From: Chthoniobacterales bacterium
GTDB lineage: Bacteria; Verrucomicrobiota; Verrucomicrobiia; Chthoniobacterales; DASVRZ01
Assembly (NCBI GenBank): GCA_038228695.1
Contig: JBBRPA010000003.1
Span: forward strand, 25,775 to 89,774
Direction of reading: 5' to 3'
Length of the DNA stretch: 64,000 nucleotides
The notes beneath the pieces were generated by a model, which saw only the letters and a list, made by a program, of their open reading frames with translations, did no database searches and was not told where the DNA came from. The translations under genes and the position numbers were made by a program. This document shows, one piece after another, positions 33,363-41,891 of this stretch. Each line of letters starts with the position of its first letter. Position 1 is the stretch's first letter.

Positions 33363-35290
33363 GTCTGCCGCCGAGAAACGACAATCGCCTCTGGTGGTCG
33401 CTCTGTCTGCCGGCGCTTCTTCTCAGCGCCGCAATTCGTTGCGTCCTGCTTTCTGGATGGCGCGATGGATTTTACTTCGGCCCCGATTCCGAGGGATATT
33501 GGAAGGGCGTTTACAGCTTCTTCCACCACAGTGGCTTCGACGTGTCTTCGAAACGTTCTTGGGGATATCCATTGCTCCAACTGCTTGCGCCGATCGGCCC
33601 GCTGAGTCCCGGATTCACTGGTGCGCTGCTCCAGCATTTCATCGGTTGGATCGCCATTCTCCCACTCGCGGCGATCGTCCGTCGCCTCATCCCCGAGTGG
33701 CGTTGGTGGATTGTGCCGATCACGGTCGTATATGCGATCGATCCGCTCCTCGCCTTTTGGGAGCACATCATGATTGCCGATTCCCTCCTCGTCACGCTCG
33801 CGTTGGGAATTGGCTGGGGCGCGCTTGCCTACTGGCAAAAACCGGGTTGGAAAATTCTTCTCCTAACCTTAGGCCTCGTCTTTCTTTCCATGTCTGTCCG
33901 TCCAGTCGGCCGGGCTCTCTGGGCTGGATTTCTCCCCGTCATCCTTCTCGCTCCGTCGAACCCATGGAAACGCCGCGGGCTACACTTTGCGTCTGCCCTG
34001 ATTTTTATTTTCCCCGCCATTTCATTAACCAAGGTCAAGCAGGGCGACGACCTTCTCTTTGGGTCGGTTTTTCCATTCATTCCAACTACCGGAGGCAAAC
34101 ATGCGGAGCTCAAACCGGAGATCGCGCCGCTCATCGACGAGGGGCGCGCCAACCTTTGGAATTACGTTCGCGAAGGACAAAAGGAAGTCTTCACCATGAC
34201 TCTTGGTTCCAACCCAGAGAAAGAGATCGGTCCAAAATTCACCGCCTTGATGAAGGACCGCAAAGCCTTCTCCCAAGTCCGTCACGACCTAGCTCGCGAG
34301 GCCATCTTCGCGCATCCCGTCGGGTGTATGCAGATTGCGCTTCTAAAAATTTATTCTGTGCTCGGGAAAGATGTGAAAAAGCTTCGGATCCAGCCGACGC
34401 GATTCAACAGCATTCACGCCAAGTTCCTTGACGAGGGTAACCAGCGAATCGCGCCGGACTTTGCCGCCTGGTATCTGCGCGATCCACGTGCCTACGACCT
34501 TGCCGGTATTCGCGCAGTGCTCGCCGAGCGGGTGCAACCCGGTGCGATTGGCACCTTCTATCAGTCCGTGTTTCCAGAACTAGAATCGGCTTTCAACCTG
34601 TATCATCTTAAGCCCGGTCCGCAGCTTCCTTTCCCGCATCACGCCCTGCCGCTGTTTTTTTTCGTCGTGGGCCTCACTGGCTGGTTCTGTTTTCGCGGAA
34701 GCAGCGCACTGGTTCCGCTTCTCTTCGTAAACAGCGGTTATCTCGCGTTGACCTATGGCGTGGGCCGCGCGGTCCAACGGTATCGATTGCCCTCGGAATA
34801 TTTTTTGATCCTCGGAGTTTTCCTCGCGCTTATCGTCGCTGTGCGTTTGTTGAAACCGCTGCTGCTTTCCACGTTTTCACAGAGATTGACTCCTGCAATA
34901 ATTCACCGTCTGACCTTTTTCTGCGTTGGCGGTCTTGTTAGCTATCTGCTCAATCTGATTCCCTACAAGTTGCTCACGATCGGTTTGCACTGGAGCCATA
35001 ACGCTGCTTACTCAGCCAGTCTGACCTTTGTCACGGCGTTGATGTTTGTCTGGAACTATCGGGTGAACTTTCCAACGAGCAGCGATTGGCGTGCTTGCGC
35101 CCCTCGTTATCTATTTGCGACAGGGGCAGCGTGGATCGTCAATTTTCTTTCGGTGGGATGGCTCAAGCAACACGTTCCAGTTGCCGGTGCCATTTTTATC
35201 GTCGGGTTTCTCATCGCGCTGGCCAAGTTTGCGGTTTACCACCACTGGGTTTTTCCTGGAAAGTCGGACTCCATTCCCGACGACGTCTAA
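33359..35290 (+). CDS. GT-C-like membrane protein fused to a C-terminal GtrA-family domain
   Basis: N-terminal multi-TM region with GPDSEGYWKG in the first loop. The C-terminal ~130 aa are GtrA-like (RLTFFCVGGLVSYLLNL...FVWNYRVNF...RYLFATGAAWIVNF). ATG 33359 overlaps the upstream stop (ATGA). Confidence 0.6.
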   Translation: MSLPPRNDNRLWWSLCLPALLLSAAIRCVLLSGWRDGFYFGPDSEGYWKGVYSFFHHSGFDVSSKRSWGYPLLQLLAPIGPLSPGFTGALLQHFIGWIAILPLAAIVRRLIPEWRWWIVPITVVYAIDPLLAFWEHIMIADSLLVTLALGIGWGALAYWQKPGWKILLLTLGLVFLSMSVRPVGRALWAGFLPVILLAPSNPWKRRGLHFASALIFIFPAISLTKVKQGDDLLFGSVFPFIPTTGGKHAELKPEIAPLIDEGRANLWNYVREGQKEVFTMTLGSNPEKEIGPKFTALMKDRKAFSQVRHDLAREAIFAHPVGCMQIALLKIYSVLGKDVKKLRIQPTRFNSIHAKFLDEGNQRIAPDFAAWYLRDPRAYDLAGIRAVLAERVQPGAIGTFYQSVFPELESAFNLYHLKPGPQLPFPHHALPLFFFVVGLTGWFCFRGSSALVPLLFVNSGYLALTYGVGRAVQRYRLPSEYFLILGVFLALIVAVRLLKPLLLSTFSQRLTPAIIHRLTFFCVGGLVSYLLNLIPYKLLTIGLHWSHNAAYSASLTFVTALMFVWNYRVNFPTSSDWRACAPRYLFATGAAWIVNFLSVGWLKQHVPVAGAIFIVGFLIALAKFAVYHHWVFPGKSDSIPDDV

Positions 35291-35360
35291 TCGTCATCTA
35301 ACTCCCGATGATTATTCTCCGCCGGCCCGGCGGTGAGGCCCAGCGCGCAGAGGGCTAAGA

Positions 35361-35384
35361 GTGATGGAGTGATGGAGTGATGGA
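35361..35384. repeat. tandem octamer repeat (GTGATGGA)x3
   Basis: GTGATGGAGTGATGGAGTGATGGA read directly, in the intergenic region upstream of mfd. Confidence 0.85.
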
Positions 35385-35538
35385 TGTAAATTTCATAATA
35401 GATGTTGGTTGTTGTTGAACTACACCGCATCTTCGCGCGGCCGGATTACCAAATCATTACCGGACGGGTGTAATTTTTAGATTTTCTCACTTTTTTCCGC
35501 TTTGACTTCGGGACCACGCGGGGGAGATTCGCTCCCCA

Positions 35539-38500
35539 ATGAAAAACCTTCCGCGCGACCTTGCCGCCAGTCTTGGCGGTCTGCCCGCGCTACAGCAGAA
35601 ACTCGATGCGCTGAGGGACAGTCCGTCGCCGGTTTACTTCGAGCACGTTACTAGCGCGGCGCAGGCTTTTATCATTTCTTGGCTAGCTTCCGAACTCAAC
35701 CAGGCACTCTGGATCGTTTGCGAGAATGTGCGGGAACAGGAGCGGATTCATAATGAACTGTTAACCTGGCACGGCGACGCTTTGTTTCTGCCGGAAATGG
35801 AGTCAGCGATCGTAGAAAATGCGATTCCCGATCCCGAGATCGCGGCTGAGCGGCTGGAGGTGTTGGAGCGGTTGGCCAAGCCCGGACGCAAAGTGGCTGT
35901 GCTGACGCGGGAAGCGCTGGATGGTCTCGTGCCATCGGCTGCGACACTGCGGCGACAGGGCCTGCGGCTGGCGAGGAATCAGCGACTCGATCGCGACGCG
36001 CTTGTGGCCAAGCTGGAAAAAGCGGGCTACGAAAATGTCCCGCAAATCTCGATGCGCGGACAATACGCCGTGCGCGGTGGCATTCTGGATGTTTTCTCGT
36101 GGCAGCATGCGCAACCTGTGCGACTGGAGTTTTTTGATGACGAGATCGAATCGATTCGTAGTTTCGATCTCGATGAGCAGACTTCGTTCGCGGTTCTCGA
36201 CACCTGCCAGATCATCGCTAGTGATCCGGATTCCGCCACCGTTCCGCTTCGGGATTATCTCGATAAATCCACCTTGTTAGTCGCAGTCGATTTTGCAATG
36301 GACGGCGCACACATGCTGATCACCGAGGGAGCGGACCCATCGGAAGGAGTAGAGAATTTCGCTGGAGCATTTCATCCACATGACTTCGGCGAGATGGAAG
36401 CCGGTGACCTGATCGTGGAGGAGGGGAAACGTGAGGCGCTGTTTGGTCAGCTCAGAGAGTGGGATCGCGACGCTTGGCGCATCGTTCTTTTCTGTCATAA
36501 CGAAGGGGAGACGGAGCGTTTTCAGGATTTGCTGCAGAGTCACGAGGTGGACCTGCGCCATCTCCAGTTTGCGGAAGGATCAATTGCACGGGGTTTTGTT
36601 TGTCCCGACGCCAAGCTGGCGGTGCTGACTGACGGCGAGATTTTCGGGCGCTACCAAAATAACCGCAGCCGACGGTTGGCGCTGCGACGGGCGCGGGTTC
36701 AGGCGCAGCGGACCCACATTGATTTCAGCGATCTTTCCGAGGGCGATTACGTGGTTCATCTCGAACACGGCATCGGAAGATTTCTCGCTCTGGAAAAGTT
36801 TGAGCGAGATGGCGGGTTGCAAGAGGTGTTAGTGCTTGAATTTAAGGCAGACGCCAAACTCTACGTTCCTCTCGAGCAAGCGTATCTCGTATCCCGTTAC
36901 GTCGGCGTGGGAAAACGCCATCCGGATCTTAGTGCGCTAGGGGATGCGAAGTGGGCCAAGGCAAAGAAGGCCGCCGAAAAAGCGGTGTTTGACTACGCCT
37001 CGCACCTCCTCACGATTCAAGCGGAGCGTGAAACGACCTCGGGGTTTGCTTTCCCACCTGACGGAAAATGGCAGCATGAATTTGAGGGCGCGTTTCTTTA
37101 CAAGGAAACGCCCGACCAACTCACTGCCATCGCTGCCTCGAAGGCGGACATGGAGTCGGTCCGCCCAATGGATCGACTGATCTGTGGCGATGTCGGTTTT
37201 GGCAAGACGGAAGTGGCAATCCGGACCGCTTTTAAATCGGTAATGGGCGGCAAGCAAGTCGCGGTGTTAGTGCCGACTACCGTCCTCGCTCAGCAACATT
37301 ATCAGAATTTTCGCGAACGCATGTCCGACTATCCTGTGACCATCGATATGATGAGCCGTTTCCGCACGCCGTCGGAGCAAAAGAAAACCGTGGCCGGACT
37401 CGCTAACGGCACGGTGGATATCGTTATTGGAACGCATCGACTGATTTCAAAGGACATCGTTTTTAAGGATCTCGGCCTCGTGGTCGTCGATGAGGAACAG
37501 CGCTTTGGCGTCCTGCACAAAGAGCGATTTAAGGAGATTTTCAAAAAGGTGGATGTTCTCACCTTGTCCGCCACACCCATTCCTCGGACGCTCTACCTGT
37601 CGCTGATGGGAGCGCGCGACATGTCGGTGATTGAGACGCCTCCGCAAAACCGGCTTCCGGTTGAGACGGTGGTTTGTGGTTACGATGAGCGAATCATTCG
37701 CGATGCGATTAATCGCGAGATGGCGCGGCAAGGGCAGGTCTATTTTCTGCACAATCGCGTGCAGTCGATCGAGAAAGTCGCTGCTCGCATTTCCGAACTG
37801 TGCCCGAAGGCTCGGGTCGGCATTGGCCACGGCCAAATGAATGAACATCAGTTAGAAGACGTGATGAAGGCCTTCATCGACGGTGAAACCGACGTGCTAA
37901 TTTCCACAACGATCATTGAAAGCGGGATCGATATTCCCAATGCTAACACGATCATCATCGATCGCGCGGACCGCTTCGGTCTCGCCGATCTCTACCAGTT
38001 GCGAGGGCGAGTCGGGCGCGCGCAGCACAAGGCCTACGCTTACCTGATGCTGCCGCGCGACCTGATGACGATGGGTGCTGCGCGCAAGAGAGTTAATGCG
38101 ATCAAGCAATATTCCAACCTTGGCGCGGGCTTTAAGATTGCTATGCGCGATCTTGAGATTCGTGGTGCGGGGAATGTTCTCGGCACCGCGCAGAGCGGTC
38201 ACATCATCAACGTTGGATTCGATCTCTATTGTCAGCTCTTGCGGCAAGCGGTCTCGAAAATGAAGGGCGAAAAAGTGAAACCCCGGATCGAACTTTTTCT
38301 GCGACTCGAATTCATCTCGATGAATGAAGCGGAGTGGCTTCGCTCGGCCGACTTAGCGCCCGCTTTTCTACCCGCAAACTACATTTCCGAGCCAAAGGTT
38401 CGTATCGCCGCCTATCGCGCGCATGCGGAGATTGTCACGGGAGAGCAGCTCGAAAAACTCCGCAAAACTTGGCGTGATCGTTTTGGTCCTTTGCCGGAGG

Positions 38501-38703
38501 CGGTCAGTCACCTCCTAACCATTGCTGAGATCAGAATTGCTGCCGCTTCTGCAAAGATCACGCGGGTCGAGGTGCGCGAGGGTAAGGTCATGCTCACGCG
38601 AGGAGGAGACTACATTTTAATCGGTGGAAAATTTCCGCGAATGGCGGCTACAAAGCCGGTGAAGCAACTGGCCGAACTGGCTGCCTTACTCGAGAAAATC
38701 TGA
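35539..38703 (+). CDS. mfd: transcription-repair coupling factor
   Basis: 1054 aa. Walker A GDVGFGKTEVA, DEAD-like VVDEEQRFGV, helicase C motifs HGQM...VLISTTIIESGIDIPNANT and QLRGRVGR, and a TRCF C-terminal domain. Confidence 0.95.
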   Translation: MKNLPRDLAASLGGLPALQQKLDALRDSPSPVYFEHVTSAAQAFIISWLASELNQALWIVCENVREQERIHNELLTWHGDALFLPEMESAIVENAIPDPEIAAERLEVLERLAKPGRKVAVLTREALDGLVPSAATLRRQGLRLARNQRLDRDALVAKLEKAGYENVPQISMRGQYAVRGGILDVFSWQHAQPVRLEFFDDEIESIRSFDLDEQTSFAVLDTCQIIASDPDSATVPLRDYLDKSTLLVAVDFAMDGAHMLITEGADPSEGVENFAGAFHPHDFGEMEAGDLIVEEGKREALFGQLREWDRDAWRIVLFCHNEGETERFQDLLQSHEVDLRHLQFAEGSIARGFVCPDAKLAVLTDGEIFGRYQNNRSRRLALRRARVQAQRTHIDFSDLSEGDYVVHLEHGIGRFLALEKFERDGGLQEVLVLEFKADAKLYVPLEQAYLVSRYVGVGKRHPDLSALGDAKWAKAKKAAEKAVFDYASHLLTIQAERETTSGFAFPPDGKWQHEFEGAFLYKETPDQLTAIAASKADMESVRPMDRLICGDVGFGKTEVAIRTAFKSVMGGKQVAVLVPTTVLAQQHYQNFRERMSDYPVTIDMMSRFRTPSEQKKTVAGLANGTVDIVIGTHRLISKDIVFKDLGLVVVDEEQRFGVLHKERFKEIFKKVDVLTLSATPIPRTLYLSLMGARDMSVIETPPQNRLPVETVVCGYDERIIRDAINREMARQGQVYFLHNRVQSIEKVAARISELCPKARVGIGHGQMNEHQLEDVMKAFIDGETDVLISTTIIESGIDIPNANTIIIDRADRFGLADLYQLRGRVGRAQHKAYAYLMLPRDLMTMGAARKRVNAIKQYSNLGAGFKIAMRDLEIRGAGNVLGTAQSGHIINVGFDLYCQLLRQAVSKMKGEKVKPRIELFLRLEFISMNEAEWLRSADLAPAFLPANYISEPKVRIAAYRAHAEIVTGEQLEKLRKTWRDRFGPLPEAVSHLLTIAEIRIAAASAKITRVEVREGKVMLTRGGDYILIGGKFPRMAATKPVKQLAELAALLEKI

Positions 38704-38714
38704 GGGCTGCGCGT

Positions 38715-41700
38715 TTAGGGAACGATTTTGACGCGGTAGAACTTTTTCGAGCCGGTGACGTTGGTGTCGATGTAGCTAGTGCTGGTGCCAGGTGGGGTAT
38801 TGCTGGCAGGGATGGTGCCCGAGAGAGCGGTGAAGGTGGAGGTTAGATCGGGGCTGCTTTCGACGAGGTAGTTTTTTCCAATGACGCTGGACCAGGTAAC
38901 GGTGTAGTTGGTGCTGACGGAGGCGATACTCTCGATACGGAAGACGGAGGCGTTGTTGAGCGGGTTGGTACCAGCGGTTTGTTCGGCGGCGTTGCTAGTG
39001 CCGTCGCCGTCTTCGTCGGCCGTGGCGTCGAGAGTTTTGATGGACTCACTGGCGAGACTGGTTGGTCCTGCGTTTCCCGTATCGCTAGGATTGACTGCCT
39101 GCACCGTGATCGTGACGTAATCGCCAATATTACCACTGAAGGTGTAGGAAGTATTAGCGGTAACGAAAGAGCCTGCGGTGTTGCCATTAACGATCACGTT
39201 AACGCGGTAACTCGGAACGACGCCTTCGCTGTCGGCAGCAACTGCCGGCCAAGTAAAGGTGACGGAATTACCGATGCTGTAAGCATAGGGATTCGGGCCG
39301 CTCGGCGTTCCGGGCGTGGTAGTGGGGGCGGTGACGTCGTAGAGCTTGAGGTATTGGGATTCGTAGGGAGCTGGCGACCAATCTCCGTCGGTGATGGGAA
39401 CTTTTTTCAAGCCGACGTAGATACCGTTAGCAAGGATGTCCGAACCTGTCCGAGGTTGTGGTGCGTCGCTCTCGCCGTAAGGAGCCACGCGCCATTGCCA
39501 GATGTCGCGGCGGTTAGAACGAATCGCGGTGTAAGCGGCGATGTTTTTGGTGTTGTATTGCCGCCCGGCTTTAATGCCGAAGAGGTTTGGAGTGCCGATG
39601 TCGGCAACGTAGGTGGCGGCGTGGTCGTTGTTGCGGTCGAGGTTGACGAAGCCGAAGACGACATCGGACGTGGCAGGGGAGGCGTTGGCGGTCTGGTATT
39701 TGGCGACTGCGAAGATATTGTTATCGTCGCCGCCTGCGCCAGTGCGGTAGAGGAAGTAGCGGTTGCTGGAGCGGAGGGCGGTGGAGAATTTCCGGGCTTG
39801 GCCGATGGCAGAGTAAACTGGATAAAGCTGGTCGTTACCAAAGTCTGTGTTCGACCAGATCGGCATCATTGAGTTGTAAGTTTTGAAATGCGGAATGTAT
39901 TTCCCGAAATTCTTTTCCATTAAATCATAGCCATATTGAGTGGAGATTCCGAGTTCTTGTCCGGGGAAGATCATCGGAACCCCGTCCTGACTGGAAGAGA
40001 CAGCGTAGCGGACCACGCCATCCCACGGATTTTGAAAGGTGTCCTCGTCGTGTGAAACGGTATTTAACAAGACTAAACCTTGGCCAAACGCATTCCGCTT
40101 GTCATTGAACAACGTCCGATAGCTCTGAGCGTTGGAGGCATTGCGGAGGTCGCGGAATGAAGTTTCGTTGAGAATGTCGAACTGGCGGTTCGAGCGATAA
40201 GCGGGCGCACCGTTATCGAGGGTCTCAGCCATGAAGACAAAGTTCCATTTATAGCTACGGGCGACGTTGATGATGTATTCCCATGACTGCGGAGGAAGAC
40301 CTTGGCCGAAATCGCAGCGTAATCCATCGATGCCTCGTGCATCCCATGCTCGTCGAGTGGCTGCGTTACCGTCTGAGGGCAGGCTATTGCGGTTCTGCCC
40401 AGCGAGACGGGTCTTGCCCAGCCAATACGGGGCGTATTGCGCAAAGTATCGCCAGCTGGCGCGAGTGAAAGCGTCGAAGCTCCCTCCGCTTGAGCCGTTC
40501 CAGTCGGATGGGGTGTAGTCAATCCAGTCACCCTCACTGTTGTAATTATTTACTTCGCTGCCGTCCTGTGCGCCAACGAGAGCTGCATACCGTCCAAAGA
40601 AAACTTCGCAGACGTCGAGGAACTTGCCGAAATCAGTCCTGTCGGGGGCTGGTGCGATGTTATTGTTAAAAAAGTTGGAGTAAAAGTTGGCCCGAAGCCG
40701 ATAGTCACCAAGGCGGGTGAAGACGCGCAATTCCCTGTCGTGGATGAGGTCGGTTTTGAGCCAGCCGGACGCGCCTTGGGCCGCCATCCAGGAGATGTTT
40801 GGGTTTCCGCTTGCGGTAGCGATACCCGGCTCGCCGAGTTCCACGTCCCATGCGGTGTGGTTGAAGGCGGCATCGGGCATGATGTTGACCCCGGCAGTGT
40901 CGGCATCGGCGACGAAGTTTTGAAAAGCGATCATCGCGTTGTCGCGGTTCAACTGGGTCGAATTGCCTGCGTTAAAGGTTGCAGACATGCGGGGTTCGAT
41001 TTCCCAGAAATTCTTCACGGCATAAGGACTGCCGAGCTCATAAGGGAAGTTCACATCTTCAGAGGTGGAGCCTCCGTTCCAGAGCCAAGTGGTGGCACCT
41101 GGGTCCCCGGGGGGCGGAGGCTGCCGATCATTAATATTTTTGGCACTGAGGTGGCGGCCTTCGATACCGTAGGGATGGAAAGGCTGGAACCAGAGCCAGT
41201 TGATGCCGAGATTTTTAACGTAATCGAGGTTCCAGTTGTTAGCTCGTAGAGGATTAGTGTGAATTGCTCCTGGTCGGTCGCTCAAATCTTCAAAAGTACT
41301 CCGCTGGTTAAATTGGGTGCCTGAGGCTTCGATGTTGAGGGTGTTGACCTCGTAGAGTCGGACGTCGCGTGCTTCAGTTGGCGAGACGACGATGGCGTGG
41401 TCTCGTTTGAAGACGTTGGGGGAAGTGGTTTCGGAGTTGAAGTAATGATAGGTGTTCGCCTGTTCTCCAGTCAGCCGATAACGTCCTGTTGCGCGATAGG
41501 CTCCGGTCTTGGTGGCGTTCAGCGTGATCGTATAGCCGCCCGACACCGGGGTCATGGTGTAGGCTTTGTAATAGTTGTTGTCGTTGCCCGCTGGAATGAG
41601 GTCTGCGTTAGGGGGGACGATACCATCCTCGATTTGGTCGGTATTAGCATCGAGGGTTGCGCGGTCGCGGCGGTTGAGGTTAGTTAAGATTTCGGCGGCT

Positions 41701-41891
41701 TCGACGACGGCAGGTGCGTTTGTCTGAGTATCAAGAAAGAAAGTAATCGGGACGGAATCGCCCGCGATTTCATCGACGAAGACGTGCGAGGTGGAGTAAT
41801 TCGCATCGACGGTTCCGTTGGGTCCGGTGACGGTGAGTGTGGTCGCGTTGGCACTGAGAACACCAATGAGCAGGAGGAGAGGGATTTTCAT
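38715..41891 (-). CDS. secreted GH13-family (alpha-amylase superfamily) protein with C-terminal FN3-like and DxDGDG/FYRV module
   Basis: Signal peptide MKIPLLLLIGVLSANA. GH13-like regions I NIMPDAAFNHTA, II IDGLRCDFGQG, III FVFMAETL and IV LNTVSHDED. Its start abuts the stop of the upstream giant gene. Confidence 0.8.
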   Translation of the reverse strand: MKIPLLLLIGVLSANATTLTVTGPNGTVDANYSTSHVFVDEIAGDSVPITFFLDTQTNAPAVVEAAEILTNLNRRDRATLDANTDQIEDGIVPPNADLIPAGNDNNYYKAYTMTPVSGGYTITLNATKTGAYRATGRYRLTGEQANTYHYFNSETTSPNVFKRDHAIVVSPTEARDVRLYEVNTLNIEASGTQFNQRSTFEDLSDRPGAIHTNPLRANNWNLDYVKNLGINWLWFQPFHPYGIEGRHLSAKNINDRQPPPPGDPGATTWLWNGGSTSEDVNFPYELGSPYAVKNFWEIEPRMSATFNAGNSTQLNRDNAMIAFQNFVADADTAGVNIMPDAAFNHTAWDVELGEPGIATASGNPNISWMAAQGASGWLKTDLIHDRELRVFTRLGDYRLRANFYSNFFNNNIAPAPDRTDFGKFLDVCEVFFGRYAALVGAQDGSEVNNYNSEGDWIDYTPSDWNGSSGGSFDAFTRASWRYFAQYAPYWLGKTRLAGQNRNSLPSDGNAATRRAWDARGIDGLRCDFGQGLPPQSWEYIINVARSYKWNFVFMAETLDNGAPAYRSNRQFDILNETSFRDLRNASNAQSYRTLFNDKRNAFGQGLVLLNTVSHDEDTFQNPWDGVVRYAVSSSQDGVPMIFPGQELGISTQYGYDLMEKNFGKYIPHFKTYNSMMPIWSNTDFGNDQLYPVYSAIGQARKFSTALRSSNRYFLYRTGAGGDDNNIFAVAKYQTANASPATSDVVFGFVNLDRNNDHAATYVADIGTPNLFGIKAGRQYNTKNIAAYTAIRSNRRDIWQWRVAPYGESDAPQPRTGSDILANGIYVGLKKVPITDGDWSPAPYESQYLKLYDVTAPTTTPGTPSGPNPYAYSIGNSVTFTWPAVAADSEGVVPSYRVNVIVNGNTAGSFVTANTSYTFSGNIGDYVTITVQAVNPSDTGNAGPTSLASESIKTLDATADEDGDGTSNAAEQTAGTNPLNNASVFRIESIASVSTNYTVTWSSVIGKNYLVESSPDLTSTFTALSGTIPASNTPPGTSTSYIDTNVTGSKKFYRVKIVP

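Noticed and set aside
35361-35384. Possible CRISPR array or other spaced-repeat locus. I looked across the window and found only short tandem or inverted repeats.
   Set aside because: There are no repeat-spacer periodicities of 25-40 bp and no cas genes. The only tandem repeat is a contiguous 8-mer x3.
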